Source: Squalus acanthias
Lineage: Eukaryota
DNA length: 64,000 bases
Direction of reading: 5' to 3'
NCBI GenBank assembly: GCA_030390025.1
Contig: CM059432.1
Coordinates: forward strand, 18,974,001-19,038,000
The position numbers were made by a program, and so were the translations under genes. Positions 1 to 12,041 of this stretch are shown here, one piece after another; position 1 is the stretch's first letter, and every line of letters begins with the position of its first letter. Below the pieces are notes generated by a model. The model saw only the letters and a program-made list of their open reading frames with translations. It had not been told where the DNA came from and ran no database searches.

Positions 1-1176
1 ATGAGGGTTTCAGCAGCGGATGAGCTGAGGCAAGGGCAGAGATGTTTGATGTTACGGAGGTGGAAATAGGCAGTCTTAGTTATGCTGTGGATATGTGGTT
101 GGAAGCTCATTTCAGGGTCAAATATGACACCAAGGTTGCGAACAGTGTGGTTCAGCCTCAGACAGATGTTAGGGAGAGGGATGGAGTCAGTGGTTAGGGA
201 ACGGAGTTTGTGGCGGGGTCCACAAACAATGGCTTCGGTCTTTCCAATATTTAAATGGAGAAAACTTTTGCTCATCCAGAACTGGATGTCGAACAAGCAG
301 TCTGACAATTTAGAGAAGGTGGAGGTGTCGAGAGAAGTGGTGGTGAGGTAGAGCTGGGTGTCGTCAGCATACATGTGGAAACTGACACTGTGTTTTCGGA
401 TGATGTCGCCCCTTGGTGACATATAGATGAGAAATAGGAGGGAGCCAAGGATGGATCCTTGGGGGACACCAGAGGTAACAATGCCGGAGCGGGAAGAGAA
501 GCCATTGCAGGTGATTCTGTGGCTGCGATAAGATAGATAAGAATGGAACCAGGCGAGTGCAGTCTCACCCAGCTGGACGACGGTGGAGAGGCGTTGGAGA
601 AGGATGGAGTGGTCAAACGTGTCAAAGGCTGCAGACAAGTCAAGAAGGACGAGGAGGGATAGTTTACCTTTGTCACAGTCACAAAGGATGTCATTTGTGA
701 CTTTGCTGAGAGCCGTTTTGTTACTGTGGTAAGGGCAGAAACCTGATTGAAGGGATTCAAACATGGAATAGCGGGAAAGATGCGCATGGATATGGGAGGG
801 CAACAACACGTTCAAGGACTTTGGAGAGGAAAGGGAGGTTAGAGATGGGGCGGTAGTTTGCAAGGACGGAGAGGTCAAGGGTAATTTTTTTGAGGAGAGG
901 GGTGATGACGGCGATTTGAGGGAGAGGGGGACAGTACCTGAGGAGAGAGAACCGTTAACAATGTCAGCTAACGTGGGAGCCAGAAAAGGAAGTTGGGTGG
1001 TCAGCAGTTTGGTGAGAATAGAGTCGAGGGAGCAGGAGGTAGGTCTCATGGACAAGATAAGCGCAGAGAGATCATGAGGGGAGATTGGAGAGAACCTGGA
1101 GAAAGATGTGAGTTCAGTGCTAGGGCAGGGGGGAACCTTAGAGGAAGTTTGGCCCGGTGGGCTAGGGAATGAAGGG

Positions 1177-1904
1177 TGTAAGAATAAAAATATTTTGTCA
1201 AAATTATGTTGTGTGATGGACTCGAGACTATTAATATAAGATGTATGTAATAAAGATGAATTTAACGTGTAAGGATCTCCCCTGGGTGGGTGGAGCTCAA
1301 GGCAACGGAGTGAAACTTAACAAAAGAAATCTGCATAACAAGGTAACCCCCACAGAGACAGCAGGACTTTAAGGGTAAACAAACCCATCGAAAACCCATC
1401 AAAACTCACCATCGAAACTCAGAGCCATTAAAAGGTGTTAACAAAACGATTAACTTAATAAAGAAATGGCACCAGCCGCTGCCGACAGACACATGGGTGA
1501 GGAAAGCCAATCAAGAACTGCCATGAAACTAAGACCCAATACTGGGTTTTAGCAATTTATACTGGAGACAATGGAATTTAAAAGATACAAAAGAAGGAAC
1601 CCAAAGGCTCTCGCTCTCTCTCTCTCTTGATGACCACACGGAAAAGCAGGAAGACCCCCTCTACAGACCAGACAGAAGCATGGAAGAAGGCCGCGTGCAT
1701 TGCTTGACTCAAAGGAAAGTATAAGTCTGTTTGAATCTGTAACCCATTACCTTACCTGTTGTAATCAAGTAGAGTCCATAGGATACCAGTAGACTGATTG
1801 TTTGGATGTGCATGTGTGTGTGTGTTAAATAAACTTATTCCAAATTGTTTCAAAACAATTGGTCCTGCTGTCAATTTAATGCCAGTCAAAATAAAAAGCT
1901 TACA
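1177..1904 (+). mobile_element. Solo LTR (728 bp) inserted in the L2
   Basis: Termini TGTAAG...CTTACA, 4-bp TSD AGGG (1173-1176, 1905-1908), AATAAA near 1828. Strand is inferred from the polyA signal only. Confidence 0.8.
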
Positions 1905-1955
1905 AGGGAAGTGGCAGAAGCAGCTGAATGGATGGTCTCAATCTCAGAGACAAAG

Positions 1956-3418
1956 ATTGGAGGATAGCAAATGTAACCCCGCTATTAAAGAAAGGAGGGA
2001 GAGAGAAAACGGGGAACCACTGACCTGTTAGCCTCACATCAGTAGTTGGGAAAATGCTGGAATCTATTATAAAGATGTATTACTGGGCTAAAAACTAATA
2101 GTAAGATTGGGCAGAGTCAACATGGATTTATGAAAGGGAAATCCTGTTTGACAAACCTATTGGAGTTCTTTGAGTATGTAACTAGTGGAGTAGACAAAGG
2201 GGAACTGGTAGATGTGGTGTATTTGGATTTTCAGAAGGCCTTCGATAAGGTCCCACACAAGATGTTGGTGAACAAAATTAGGGCACATGGAATTGGGGGT
2301 AATATACAAGCATGGATTGAGAATTGGTTAACAGACAGAAAACAAAGAGCAGGGATAAACGGGTCTTTTTCAGGATGGCAGGCTGTGACTAGTGGGGTGC
2401 CGCAAGGATCGGTGCTTAGGCCCCAGCTATTCACAATCTATATCAATGATTTGGATGAGGGGACTAAATGTAACATTTCCAAATTTGCTGATGGTACAAA
2501 GCTAGGTGGCAGTGTCAGTTGTGAAGAAGATGTGAAGAGGCTTCAAGGGGATCTCGACAGGCTCAGTGAGTGGGCGAGAACATGGCAGATGGAATATATT
2601 GCGGCTAAATGTGAAGTTATCCACTTTGGTAGAAAAAACAGAAAGACAGAGTATTTCCTAAATGGTGAAAGATTGGGGAATGCAGATGCTCAAAGGGACC
2701 TGGGTGTCCTTGTACATGAGTCACTGAAAGTGAATGTGCAGGTGCAGCAAGCCATTAGGAAGGCAAATGGTATGCTGGCCCTCATTACAAGAGGATTTGA
2801 GTACAGGAGTAAAGAAGTCTTACTCCAATTATATAGGGCCTTGGTGAGACCACACCTGGAGTACTGTGTACAATTTTGGTCTCCTTACCTAAGGAAGGAT
2901 ATACTTGCCATAGAGGGAGTGCAACGAAGGTTCACGAGATTGATTCCTGGGATGGCGGGACTGTGGTATGAGAAGAGATTGAGTAAACTAGGCCTGTATT
3001 CTCTTGAATTCAGAAGAATGAGAGGGGATCTCATTGAAGCATACAAAATTATTACAGGGCTTGATAGGGTGGATGCTGGGAGAATGTTTCCATTGGCTGG
3101 GGAGTCTAGAACCAGGGGCCACAGCTTCAGGATAAAGGGTAGGCCATTCAGGACTGAGATGAGAAGAAATTTCTTCACACAGAGGGTGGTGAATCTTTGG
3201 AATTCTCTACCCCAGATGGCTTGGAAGCTCAGTCATTGGGTATATTCAAAACAGAAGTCAATAGATTTCTGACTAGTAAGGGCATCAAGGGATATGGCGA
3301 TAGAGCCAGTGAATGGAGTTGAGACAGAAGATCAGCCATGATCTCATTGAATGGCGGAGCAGGCTCGAAGGGCTGAATGGCCTACTCCTGCTCCTATTTC
3401 TTATGTTCTTATGTTCTT
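1956..3418 (+). mobile_element. 5'-truncated CR1 LINE (RT + 3'UTR)
   Basis: ORF 2130-3272 with [42 protein letters not shown]; (TTATGTTC)n tail. Confidence 0.95.
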
Positions 3419-4589
3419 AAAGAAGTCCATGAGCTTGTTGTTGGAGGTGAGGGTGGAGGAGACAGGGGAGAGGGGTTTAAGAAGACAGTTAGCAGTAGAG
3501 AATAGGAGCCGGGACTTATCTTTGCATTCCAGAATGATTCTGAAATAGTGATCAATTTTGGCAGACGAGAACAGGACCTGATAATGCTTTATGTGGTCCA
3601 GCCAGATCTGGCTGCGAATGGCTAGACCAGTTGTCCGCCATATCCGTTCAAGTCTGCGTCCCTTGGACTTAAGGGAGCGAAGATGCGGACCGTATCAGGG
3701 GGAATGGCCAGGGTGAGAGAGAGTAATTGTTTTAATAGGGACTAGGGCATCAAAGGTGGTGGTGAGGGTGTGGTTGAGCAGATCGGTATCTGCAGAAATG
3801 TCATAGTGAATGGAGGGCCAAAGGCTGGACAGTTGGGATTTCATAAGTGCAGTTGTAAGAGAGTTTTTTCCAGGGGTGGACACAGAAGGAAGTAGGGTTG
3901 GGGGTGGGGGGATCGGTGGAAGGGGGATGTGGGTGGAGTGCGATAAGAGGAAGTGGTCAGAGATGCCTTAGCTGCGATTGACACGATGGGAGTAGCGAGG
4001 CCATGAGAGATGGCAAGGTCGAGGGGGTGGCCGTGAATATGGGTTGGGGCATTTACATGGAGGGAGAGATTAAGGGAGGATAGAAGGCTAGTGAACTCAG
4101 AGGAGAGAGAGCATGATGAATTGAGATGGAGATTGAAATCACCGATGAGAAGTCATTCGGTGCAGAGGCTGAGGGAGGAGAGCAGTGAAGATATCTCGGT
4201 ATTAAAATTTTTATCGTACTTGAGTGGGCAGTAGAGAACTAGAATTTTAAATGAGAGGTGAGAGGGGTGGAATAAGGTGAGATGTTCAAAGGAGGAGAAG
4301 GTGCCGGAGGGCTAGGGGGGACAGACCAAGGTGTGACTTGGTGATGAGAGCCACACCACCACCACGGCGGTCTGAGCGGGGCAAGTGGTAGAAGGTATAG
4401 CCAGGCAGGGAGCTTCATGGATGGCAAGGGCCTTGTTCGCAATTGAATGGACATTCTGGAGGGAGATGCGGAGAGGGTCGGTGATGGCTGCTCCACTGCC
4501 AGCGTCCACAGGGTCAGCACTGGGGGTGGCATGAGTTAGATGGGGAGGAGATTAGCAAATACTTGACCTCCACCACCCAGAAGAACAAG

Positions 4590-4830
4590 GTCAGCAGGTG
4601 CATAAGAACACCATCACCTCAAGTTCCCTATCAGGTCACTCACCATCCTGACAGATATATATCGCCATTCCTTCATCATCGCTGAGTCTAAATTCTGGAA
4701 CTCCCTACCTAACAGCACTGTGGGAGTACCTTCACCACACGGACTCAAGAAGAAAGCCCACCACCTCCTTCTCAAGGGCAATGTGGGATGGACAATAAAA
4801 TGCTGGAATTGCTAGCAATGCCCACATAGA
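4590..4830 (+). mobile_element. 3' end fragment of a second LINE family (same family as 32690-33700)
   Basis: Shares tggaactccctacc...ctgtgggagtaccttcacca...gggcaat...aaatgctgg with 33540-33690. Confidence 0.7.
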
Positions 4831-5271
4831 CAAGGCTCTGTTTAATACTTTTAGGAGTTGCAGAAATATATCTTGGACTGCTCAGAAAAGGTGAATTAGG
4901 GAGTTATAGACCAATCAGCGGTGAGGAACATTCTTAATTTAAAAAAACTCTGTCACTTTATTTTAACATTGGTGCCACAAAATGGAAGGTCCCTGGTCAA
5001 TTTTCCTTTTGTAACGCAGGGCACTGCGGCCAATTGTAACATCACTACTGCCACCGTTAACTTAGCACAAACTGTGGATCAGGTCTGGGGTCACCATGGT
5101 CTATTTGGTTTACCTATTCATCTGCCCTTCGAGGTGCCTCAAAGATTGATCACATGATGTTCAGGGGGTCTCTGTATCTCATTCTACGTCCTTCATTTCC
5201 CTCCAGTGGTGTAATCCAAATCAAATCATTGGACAAATGCTTCACCTGATGTCAGATAAGTAGTAATCTGT

Positions 5272-5411
5272 AAAAAAGCCAAAAACTGCCAATGCTGGAA
5301 TTCTGAAATAAAAACAGAAAATGTTGGAAATACTCAGCAGGTCAGGCAGCATCTGTGGAGAGAAACAAAGTTAACGTTTCAGGTCGATGACCAGCATTTA
5401 CTGTTTTTAAT
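5272..5411 (-). mobile_element. Short Penelope-like terminal-repeat fragment with a partial hammerhead and a small inverted end piece
   Basis: 15-bp TSD TAAGTAGTAATCTGT (5257-5271, 5412-5426). Near-identical to 27672-27810, but truncated before the CTGATGA core. Confidence 0.7.
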
Positions 5412-5472
5412 TAAGTAGTAATCTGTGTCTAAGTTATGTCTGCACCACACATTATTTTATGTTAATTAATTA

Positions 5473-6189
5473 GGGGTAGAGTTTCTGCTTTTGGCACAAT
5501 CAGGAAATTGCGCCCAAAATGTGTTTGAAATTGCACTGGTTAATTTAGGCTTCAGGTTTACGCTAAAATTCATTCGCTGATCACAAACGTCAAATCTTCC
5601 ATAAACCAGCGCAATCGGGCAGCGTAATAGAACACAATTTTTTTCCACTAGAAAATATTCCTTGATGTACTTAAGAGTGGCAACCTGGTGCAGTTTTATT
5701 AATAAAATTGGTTTGTCACCAATAATAAACATTTTTAATAAGTGTCCAGTCCTCCACCTGTGAGTAACATGAATTAAAATCACTGAAAATGACTTAAAAA
5801 ACTATACTGAACAATTTAATAGTTTCATCGTGTACACTAGTGACTTTCTTAGTAAATTAAATAACTTTTGGTATGAAAATTTTTTAAACGTGCCTACTAG
5901 TGCCATTGCGTCTAAGAAAATGAACGCGATTTGAACAGCCTTCCCAAACCAGTGCAATCGGAGGAATCTCGCAGTTTTGCCCTGGGGGTGGGGCCAGTTT
6001 TGTGGGCGGGGTCTGAGTCGGGCGAACTGAATCATGAACCAGTGTGAAAGGTCAGGTAAAACACGAGCCTACGTGGTTTTGGGTCTAACTCACTTAACGT
6101 TTAACGGTCCTTGATCTTTTGCGGCGGTTTGGACGATTCCGCCCGGATTGCGCGGATATAACTAGCGCAAACTAGCGGAAACTCGACCT
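5473..6189. mobile_element. Non-autonomous DNA transposon (Harbinger-like MITE), copy A
   Basis: TIR GGGGTAGAGTTTC at 5473, preceded by TTA; degenerate inverted end GAAACTCGACCTC at ~6177-6189. Confidence 0.65.
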
Positions 6190-7239
6190 CTTTTTTCGGC
6201 GCAATTTACCCCAATATCGGCGTAACCGGCACAAAATATTGCAAAATTTTAAGCGCAAATTGCGTTCTGCGCTGCTCGAGTTTCTGCCATCTTTTGCGCT
6301 AGTTTTAAAAACATCGTGCTAGAAGCAGGCCCCGCCCACAAAACTGGCCACACCCCCAGATCAATTAATCACCAGTGGGAATTTCTGCAAATTGCGCTCG
6401 TTTGCGGGCCTTCGAGGGGGCTCCAAACATTAAGCTGGAACTTTTGGGTGCAAGGGCACTACTAGGTACATTTTGAAAGATTGTGAATTTAACTACAGTA
6501 CCCTAATCTAACTAGAAAATAGTTTTGTATATTTTTTTAAAAGTCATTTTCAATCATTTAAAATCAGGTTACTCACAGGTGGTGGATTGGAGCTGTGATT
6601 AAAAATGCTTATTTTTTGCGATAAATGGGTAGATGCAGGGAGGATGGTTCCCCTGGCTGGGGAGTCTAGAACCAGGGGTCACAGTCTCAGAATAAGGGGT
6701 CGGCCATTTAGGACTGAGATGAGGAGAAAATTCTTCAGTCAGAGGGGGGTGAATCTCTGGAATTCTCTACCCCAGAGGGCTGTGGAGGCTCAGTCGTTGA
6801 GTATATTCAAGACAGAGATCGATAGATTTTTGAATATTAAGGGAATCAAGGGATATGGGGATAGTGCAGGAAAGTGGAGATGAGGTAGAAGATCAGCCAT
6901 GATCTTATTGAATGGCGGAGCAGCCTCAAGGGGCCGAATGGCCTACTCCTGCTCCTATTTCTTATGTTCTTAAACCTATTTTCAGCTGTATTAATCAAGC
7001 TTTACCAAATTAAATATATCAAGGAAATTTTTTTAAAGCAACATTTTATTTTTTTTAAAAATTATGTTTTAAAATGCTGCCCAGTTGCGCTGGTTCATGG
7101 CAGATTTTGCATTCGGCAATAAGCAAATGAGCTTGAGCTGAAACTCGGGAGGAAAAGAAACACTTCTCAAAATGGGAGCAATTTAGGGCACAATTTGCGC
7201 CGGAATCGCCGATCGCGCCCAAAGCGGAAACTCTACCCC
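6190..7239. mobile_element. Related MITE, copy B, inverted relative to copy A and carrying a CR1 3' fragment
   Basis: Ends GAAACTCTACCCC at 7239. Internal blocks are reverse complements of copy A and of 20240-20548. Confidence 0.65.
6620..6972 (+). mobile_element. CR1 3' fragment
   Basis: ESRTRGHSL...FFSQRGVNLWNSLP followed by the CR1 3'UTR and tail. Confidence 0.9.
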
Positions 7240-7411
7240 ATAATCTTTAATCATTCTTCATTTAATTTCAGTATAGACTATTAAAAATGTGGAAGGCACC
7301 TTAACACTCCCACAGTCAGCCTATCTTGAGAAGATTTTGCTCACCATTGAATTTGATGGGCCTGATGATCTTTTCTCGTCCTTACTTTCATAAAGAATTG
7401 CAAATTTCAAT

Positions 7412-7620
7412 AACTTGCATTTATATAGGACCTTTAATATAGTTAAACGTCCCAAGGTGCTTCACAGGTGCGTTATCAGAAAAAAATTGACACTGAGCCA
7501 CATGAGGTGACATTAAGACATGTGACCAAATGCTTGGTCAAAGTGGTAGGATTTAAGGAACATCTTAAAGGAGGAGAGAGGTGGAGGGGTTTGGGGAGGG
7601 AATTCAAGCACAGCCGCCTT
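7412..7620 (-). mobile_element. L2-type 3' tail fragment
   Basis: aacttgcatttatatag...ccaaggtgcttcacag...tgacactgagccaca; same as 51520-51650. Confidence 0.6.
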
Positions 7621-8079
7621 CTTCTGAGATTTATTTAGGTGCGCTATACATCTCTGATGTTCATTACAGCCACACAGCTACTGAAAATGTTCCACCCCCA
7701 AGCCAAAAGAATGCACCGAACCAGCCTCCCTGCTTGCTTAGTAGCTGAATACAGTCACATGATAATGGTACTAAGCCTTGCAGACCAGGATGATTCCCGG
7801 TTCCATCCCTAGTCTGTGCTGAGCTGGTTGATCTCAGTTGGGGCAGTGTTACAATTGGGCTTATCCACAGCCCAAAAAATTTCTCTGTGCGTTCTTTTGA
7901 AAAGACAAACACACATCTGATCCAAATACAGTATGGGTATGCTGTACTCAGTTCCTCTTGGTGTGTAGTGCTATTAATCCAAACACAAAACATCCCAAAT
8001 TCGCCTTTTGATTATACACTCATCACATTAACAATGATCAATCCTCTGCCAAATTTCAGCTGGAGGCAGTGGCACATTT

Positions 8080-10770
8080 CAGAAATATGATAGAATTCTT
8101 CATTAAGATGGAGAGTGAAGTAGTTGACTCAGAGACTAGGGTCCTGAATTTAAATAAAGGAAACTACGATGGTATGAGGCGCGAGTTGGCTAGGATAGAT
8201 TGGGGAATGTTACTTAAAGGGTTGATGATGGTGGATAGGCAATGGCAAATATTTAAAGATCGCATGGATGAACTACAGAATTTGTTCATCCCTGTTTGGC
8301 ATAAAAATAAAACAAAAAAGGTGACTCAACCGTGGCTAAAAAGGGAAATTAGGGATAGCATAAGATCCAAGGAGAGGTCATATAAATTGGCCAAAAAATG
8401 CAGCAAACCTGAGGATTGGGAGCAGTTTAGGATTCAGCAAAGGAGGACAAAGGGATTAATTAAGAGAGGGAAAATAGAGTATGAGAGTAAGCTTGCAGGG
8501 AACATAAAAACTGATTGTAAAAGCTTCTATAGATATGTGAAGAGAAAAACATTGGTGAAGTCAAGCGTAGGTCCCTTACAGTCAGAATCAGGGGAATTTA
8601 TATTGGGGAACAAAGAAATGGCAGACCAATTAAATACATACTTTGGCTCTGTCTTCACAAAGGAGGACACAAATAATCTCCCAGGGATGTCGGGGAACAT
8701 AGGGTCTAATGAGAGGGAGGAACTGAATGAAATCAGTATTTGTAGGGAAATGGTGTTAGGGAAATTGACGGGATTGAAGGCCGATAAATCCCCCAGGGCC
8801 TGATAATCTACATCCTATGGTACTTAAGGAAGTGACCCTAGAAATAGTAGATGCATTGCTGGTCATCTTCCAAAATTCTATAGACTCTGGAACAGTTCCC
8901 ATGGATTGCAGGGTAGCTAATGTAACCCCACTATTTAAAAAAGGTGGTAGAGAGAAAACGGGTAATTTTAGACCGGTAAGCCTGACATCGGTAGTGGGGA
9001 AAATGCTAGAGTCCATTCTAAAAGATGTAATAGCAGAGCACTTGGAAAACAGTGACAGGATCGGACAAAGTCAACATGGATTTACAAAAGTTAAATCATG
9101 CTTGACTAATCTACTGGAATTTTTTGAGGATGTAGCTGGTAGAATAGATAAGGGAGAACCAGTGGATGTGGTGTATTTGGACTTTCAGAAGGCTTTCGAT
9201 AAGGTCCCACGTAACAGATTAGCGTGCAAAGGTAAAGCACATGGGATTGAGGGTAAGGTACTGACTTGGATAGAAAACTGGTTGGCAGACAGGAAGCAAA
9301 GAGTTGGAATAAACGGGTCTTTTTCCGAGTGGCAGGCAGTGACTAGTGGGGTACCGCAGGGATCGGTGCTAGGACCTCAGTTATTCATAATATATATTAA
9401 TGATCTAGACAAGGGAACTAGATGTTTGCAGACGACACAAAGCTGGGTGGGCGTGTGTGCTGTGAGGAGGATGCCGAGAAACTCCAGTATGATTTGGACA
9501 GGTTGGGTGATTGGGCAGATGCATCGCAGATGCAGTATAATGTGGATAAATGCGAGGTTATCCACTTTGGTGGCAAAAACAGGAAGACAGATTATTATCT
9601 GAACGGCAATAGATTGGGAAAAGGGGAAGTGCAATGAGACCTAGGTGATCTTGTGCACCAGTTGCTGAAGGTAAGCATGCAGGTGCAGCAGGCGGTTAAG
9701 AAGGCAAATGGTATGTTGGCCTTCATAGCGAGAGGATTCGAGTACAGGAGCAAGGATGTCTTGCTGCAGTTGTACAGGGCCTTGGTGAGACCACACCTTG
9801 AGTATTGTGTGCAGTTTTGGTCGCCTTATCTGAGGAAGGATGTTCTTGCCATGGAGGGAGTGCAGCGAAGATTCACCAGACTGATACCTGGGATGGTAGG
9901 AATGACGTATGAAGAGAGATTGGGTTGATTGGGCTTGTATTCGCTAGAGTTTAGAAGAATGAGAGGGGATCTCATTGAAACTTATAAAATTCTAACAGGA
10001 CTAGACAGACAGGATGTTCCCGATGGCGGGGGAGTCCAGAACCAGAGGTCACAGTCTAAAGATAAGGGGAAAGCCATTTAGGACTGAGATGAGGAGGAAT
10101 TTCTTCACCCAGAGAGTGGTGAACCTGTGGAATTCTCTACCACAGAAGACAGTTGAGTCCAATTCATTAAATTTATTCAAGAAGGAGTTAGATATATTAC
10201 TTAAGGCAAAGGGGATCAAGGGGAGAAAGCAGGGACAGGGTACTGAATTTGGAAGATCAGCCATGATCGCATTGAATGGCGGAGCAGGCTCGAGGGGCTT
10301 AGAAACATAGAAACTAGGGGCAGGAGTAGGCCATTCGGCCCGTCGAGCCTGCTCCACCATTCAATACGATCATGGCTGATCATCCAAATCCAGTACCCGC
10401 TTTCTCACACAGAATCCCCATCGAGCCTGCACCGACACATATCCCACCCTATCCCCGTATTTAATTCCCCCTAACACATCCCATCCTATCCCCGTAACCC
10501 CACATATTTAATCCCCCCCTAACACTAATGGTCAATTTATCATAGCCAAATCAACCTAACCCGCACATTTTTGGACTGTGGGAGGAAACCGGAGCACCCG
10601 GAGGAAACCCACGCAGACATGGGGAGAATGTGCAAACTCCACACAGACAGTCACCCGAGGCCTGATTCGAACCCGGGTCCCTGGCGCTGTGAGGCACCAG
10701 TGCTAACCACTATGCCACCGTGTTGCCCGGGCTGAATGGCCTACTCCTGCTCCTATCTTCTATGTTTCTA
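8080..10770 (+). mobile_element. CR1 LINE, 5'-truncated, frameshifted ORF2, with a SINE in its 3'UTR
   Basis: ORFs 8069-8803, 8817-9602, 9422-9637, 9653-9928 and 10014-10310 tile CR1 ORF2 ([23 protein letters not shown]). Confidence 0.95.
10300..10728 (-). mobile_element. HE1-like V-SINE (tRNA head, V-domain, CR1-derived tail)
   Basis: Minus strand: A box GGTGGCATAGTGG, B box GGTTCGAATC, V-core tgtggagtttgcacattctcccc...gtgggtttcctccgggtgctccggtttcctcccac, CR1 3' tail. TSD GGGCT (10295-10299, 10729-10733). Confidence 0.9.
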
Positions 10771-10836
10771 AATCTGTCCACTTTTATATGATTTTCTTAG
10801 GTTTAATTTTCATAAATGTTTCCTATTTTAATGTCA

Positions 10837-11090
10837 GTGTCAGCTGTGGCTCAGTTGGTAGCATGTTCGCCTTTGAGTCAGAAGGTTGTGGATTCAAGTC
10901 CCACTCCAGAGATTTGAGCACAAAAATCTAGCTGACACTCCAATGCAGAGCTGAGGGAGTGCTGCATTGTCGGAGGTGCCGTCTTTCGGATGAGACGTTA
11001 AACCGAGGCCCCATCTACTCTCTCAGGTGGACGTAAAAGATCCCATCGCACTATTTCAAAGAGTTATCCCTGGTGTCCTAGCCAATATAA
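10837..11090 (+). mobile_element. DeuSINE/SacSINE1-like tRNA-derived SINE (3' truncated)
   Basis: A box tggctcagttgg, B box ggattcaagtcc, Deu-like core gaggtgccgtctttcggatgagacgttaaaccgagg. Confidence 0.8.
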
Positions 11091-12041
11091 ACCATCCCTA
11101 CAATGCCCAAGCTATTCCTTTCACACTCATCATCATTGCGGGGAGTGCCGTTACGATCCCACCATTCACTGCAACTCACTAAGCCACTTTCAAAAGTGCA
11201 CACAAATCTGTCCAAGATAGGAAAGTGTTGAAAATAAAGATTTCAATGTTTGACAGCACATTAATAGAAACTTTACATAAACATTGGATAAAACACCCAA
11301 GTGCCTACCCTTGTGTGTTGTTAGTTGGTATGTTTGCACTAGGGTCAGCGTGAGTGTGAGGGGTGCCTAGTGAGATGGGGAAGTGATAATGTAGATAGAG
11401 AGGGATGGGTCTAGGTGCAAGGTAAGTTGATGTGAGTAAGGATGTGCTGGAGTAGGGTAGGGAAGGCAGAGTGATGGGGATGTGATGAGAGGCACAGTAG
11501 GATGAGGTTGAGTGTGGTTTTGTACGAACGTTTCGTGATCTATTGAGATCATTGAAAGGATGGCGCCACTGCAACCAGGTCCTCCTGACCACATCCCTGC
11601 TTGTGCCCTCCTGTGCAATGTGCAACCAGGCTATGTTGGTCTCCTGGGGAGGTCTCTTCCGCCCATGGGAAGAGAAGAGGACCTCCCTGCATGCTGTGAC
11701 TCCCTATATAAGCATATGGAGGGAGTCATGGGAGAACCTGGGTGCAGCCCTGCACCTCTGTGCAGTGATTGTCAGTGTTTGCAACACTTCAATGCTGCAG
11801 AACACTGATGGTACAAATGTCAAAAGAAAGTTGGTGATGGTCCCTTTAAGGTAACCGGCTGATGGCACGTCATGAATGACGTCACCAGACCCGCTTCCTC
11901 CAATTGGACCGGGAAACACGCTGGGCGGGCTTAATGAGCACCATCAACGTAAATTCATTTTAGACTGCGGGGATGGAGCCAGCAGCAGGGCCGCGACCCA
12001 CCACCAACGCCGGACCCGCCGAGGTAGGGTAAATCGCGGCC
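11090..12041 (-). mobile_element. PIF/Harbinger remnant with a decayed Myb/SANT-like ORF
   Basis: Minus strand reads RAAPRFSHDSLHMLI*GVTACREVLF...RRTWLQWRHPFNDL, resembling the Myb/SANT trihelix protein of Harbingers. TIR-like end GGCCGCGATTTACCC at 12041. Confidence 0.7.

Larger units (their letters stand above)
1..4545 (-). mobile_element. Decayed L2-clade LINE (ORF2 endonuclease + RT), interrupted by a solo LTR and a CR1; runs off the window start
   Basis: Minus-strand translation gives LLDLSAAFDTFDH (~610-660), GVPQGSILG (~450-470) and FHMYADDTQLYL (~345-385). An APE-like LQNVHSIANK lies near 4430-4460. The L2 sequence resumes after each insertion. Confidence 0.85.

Noticed and set aside
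10845..10915. tRNA-like sequences (also ~14895-14960, 27465, 45640)
   Set aside because: These are SINE heads followed by SINE body or degenerate sequence, not tRNA genes.
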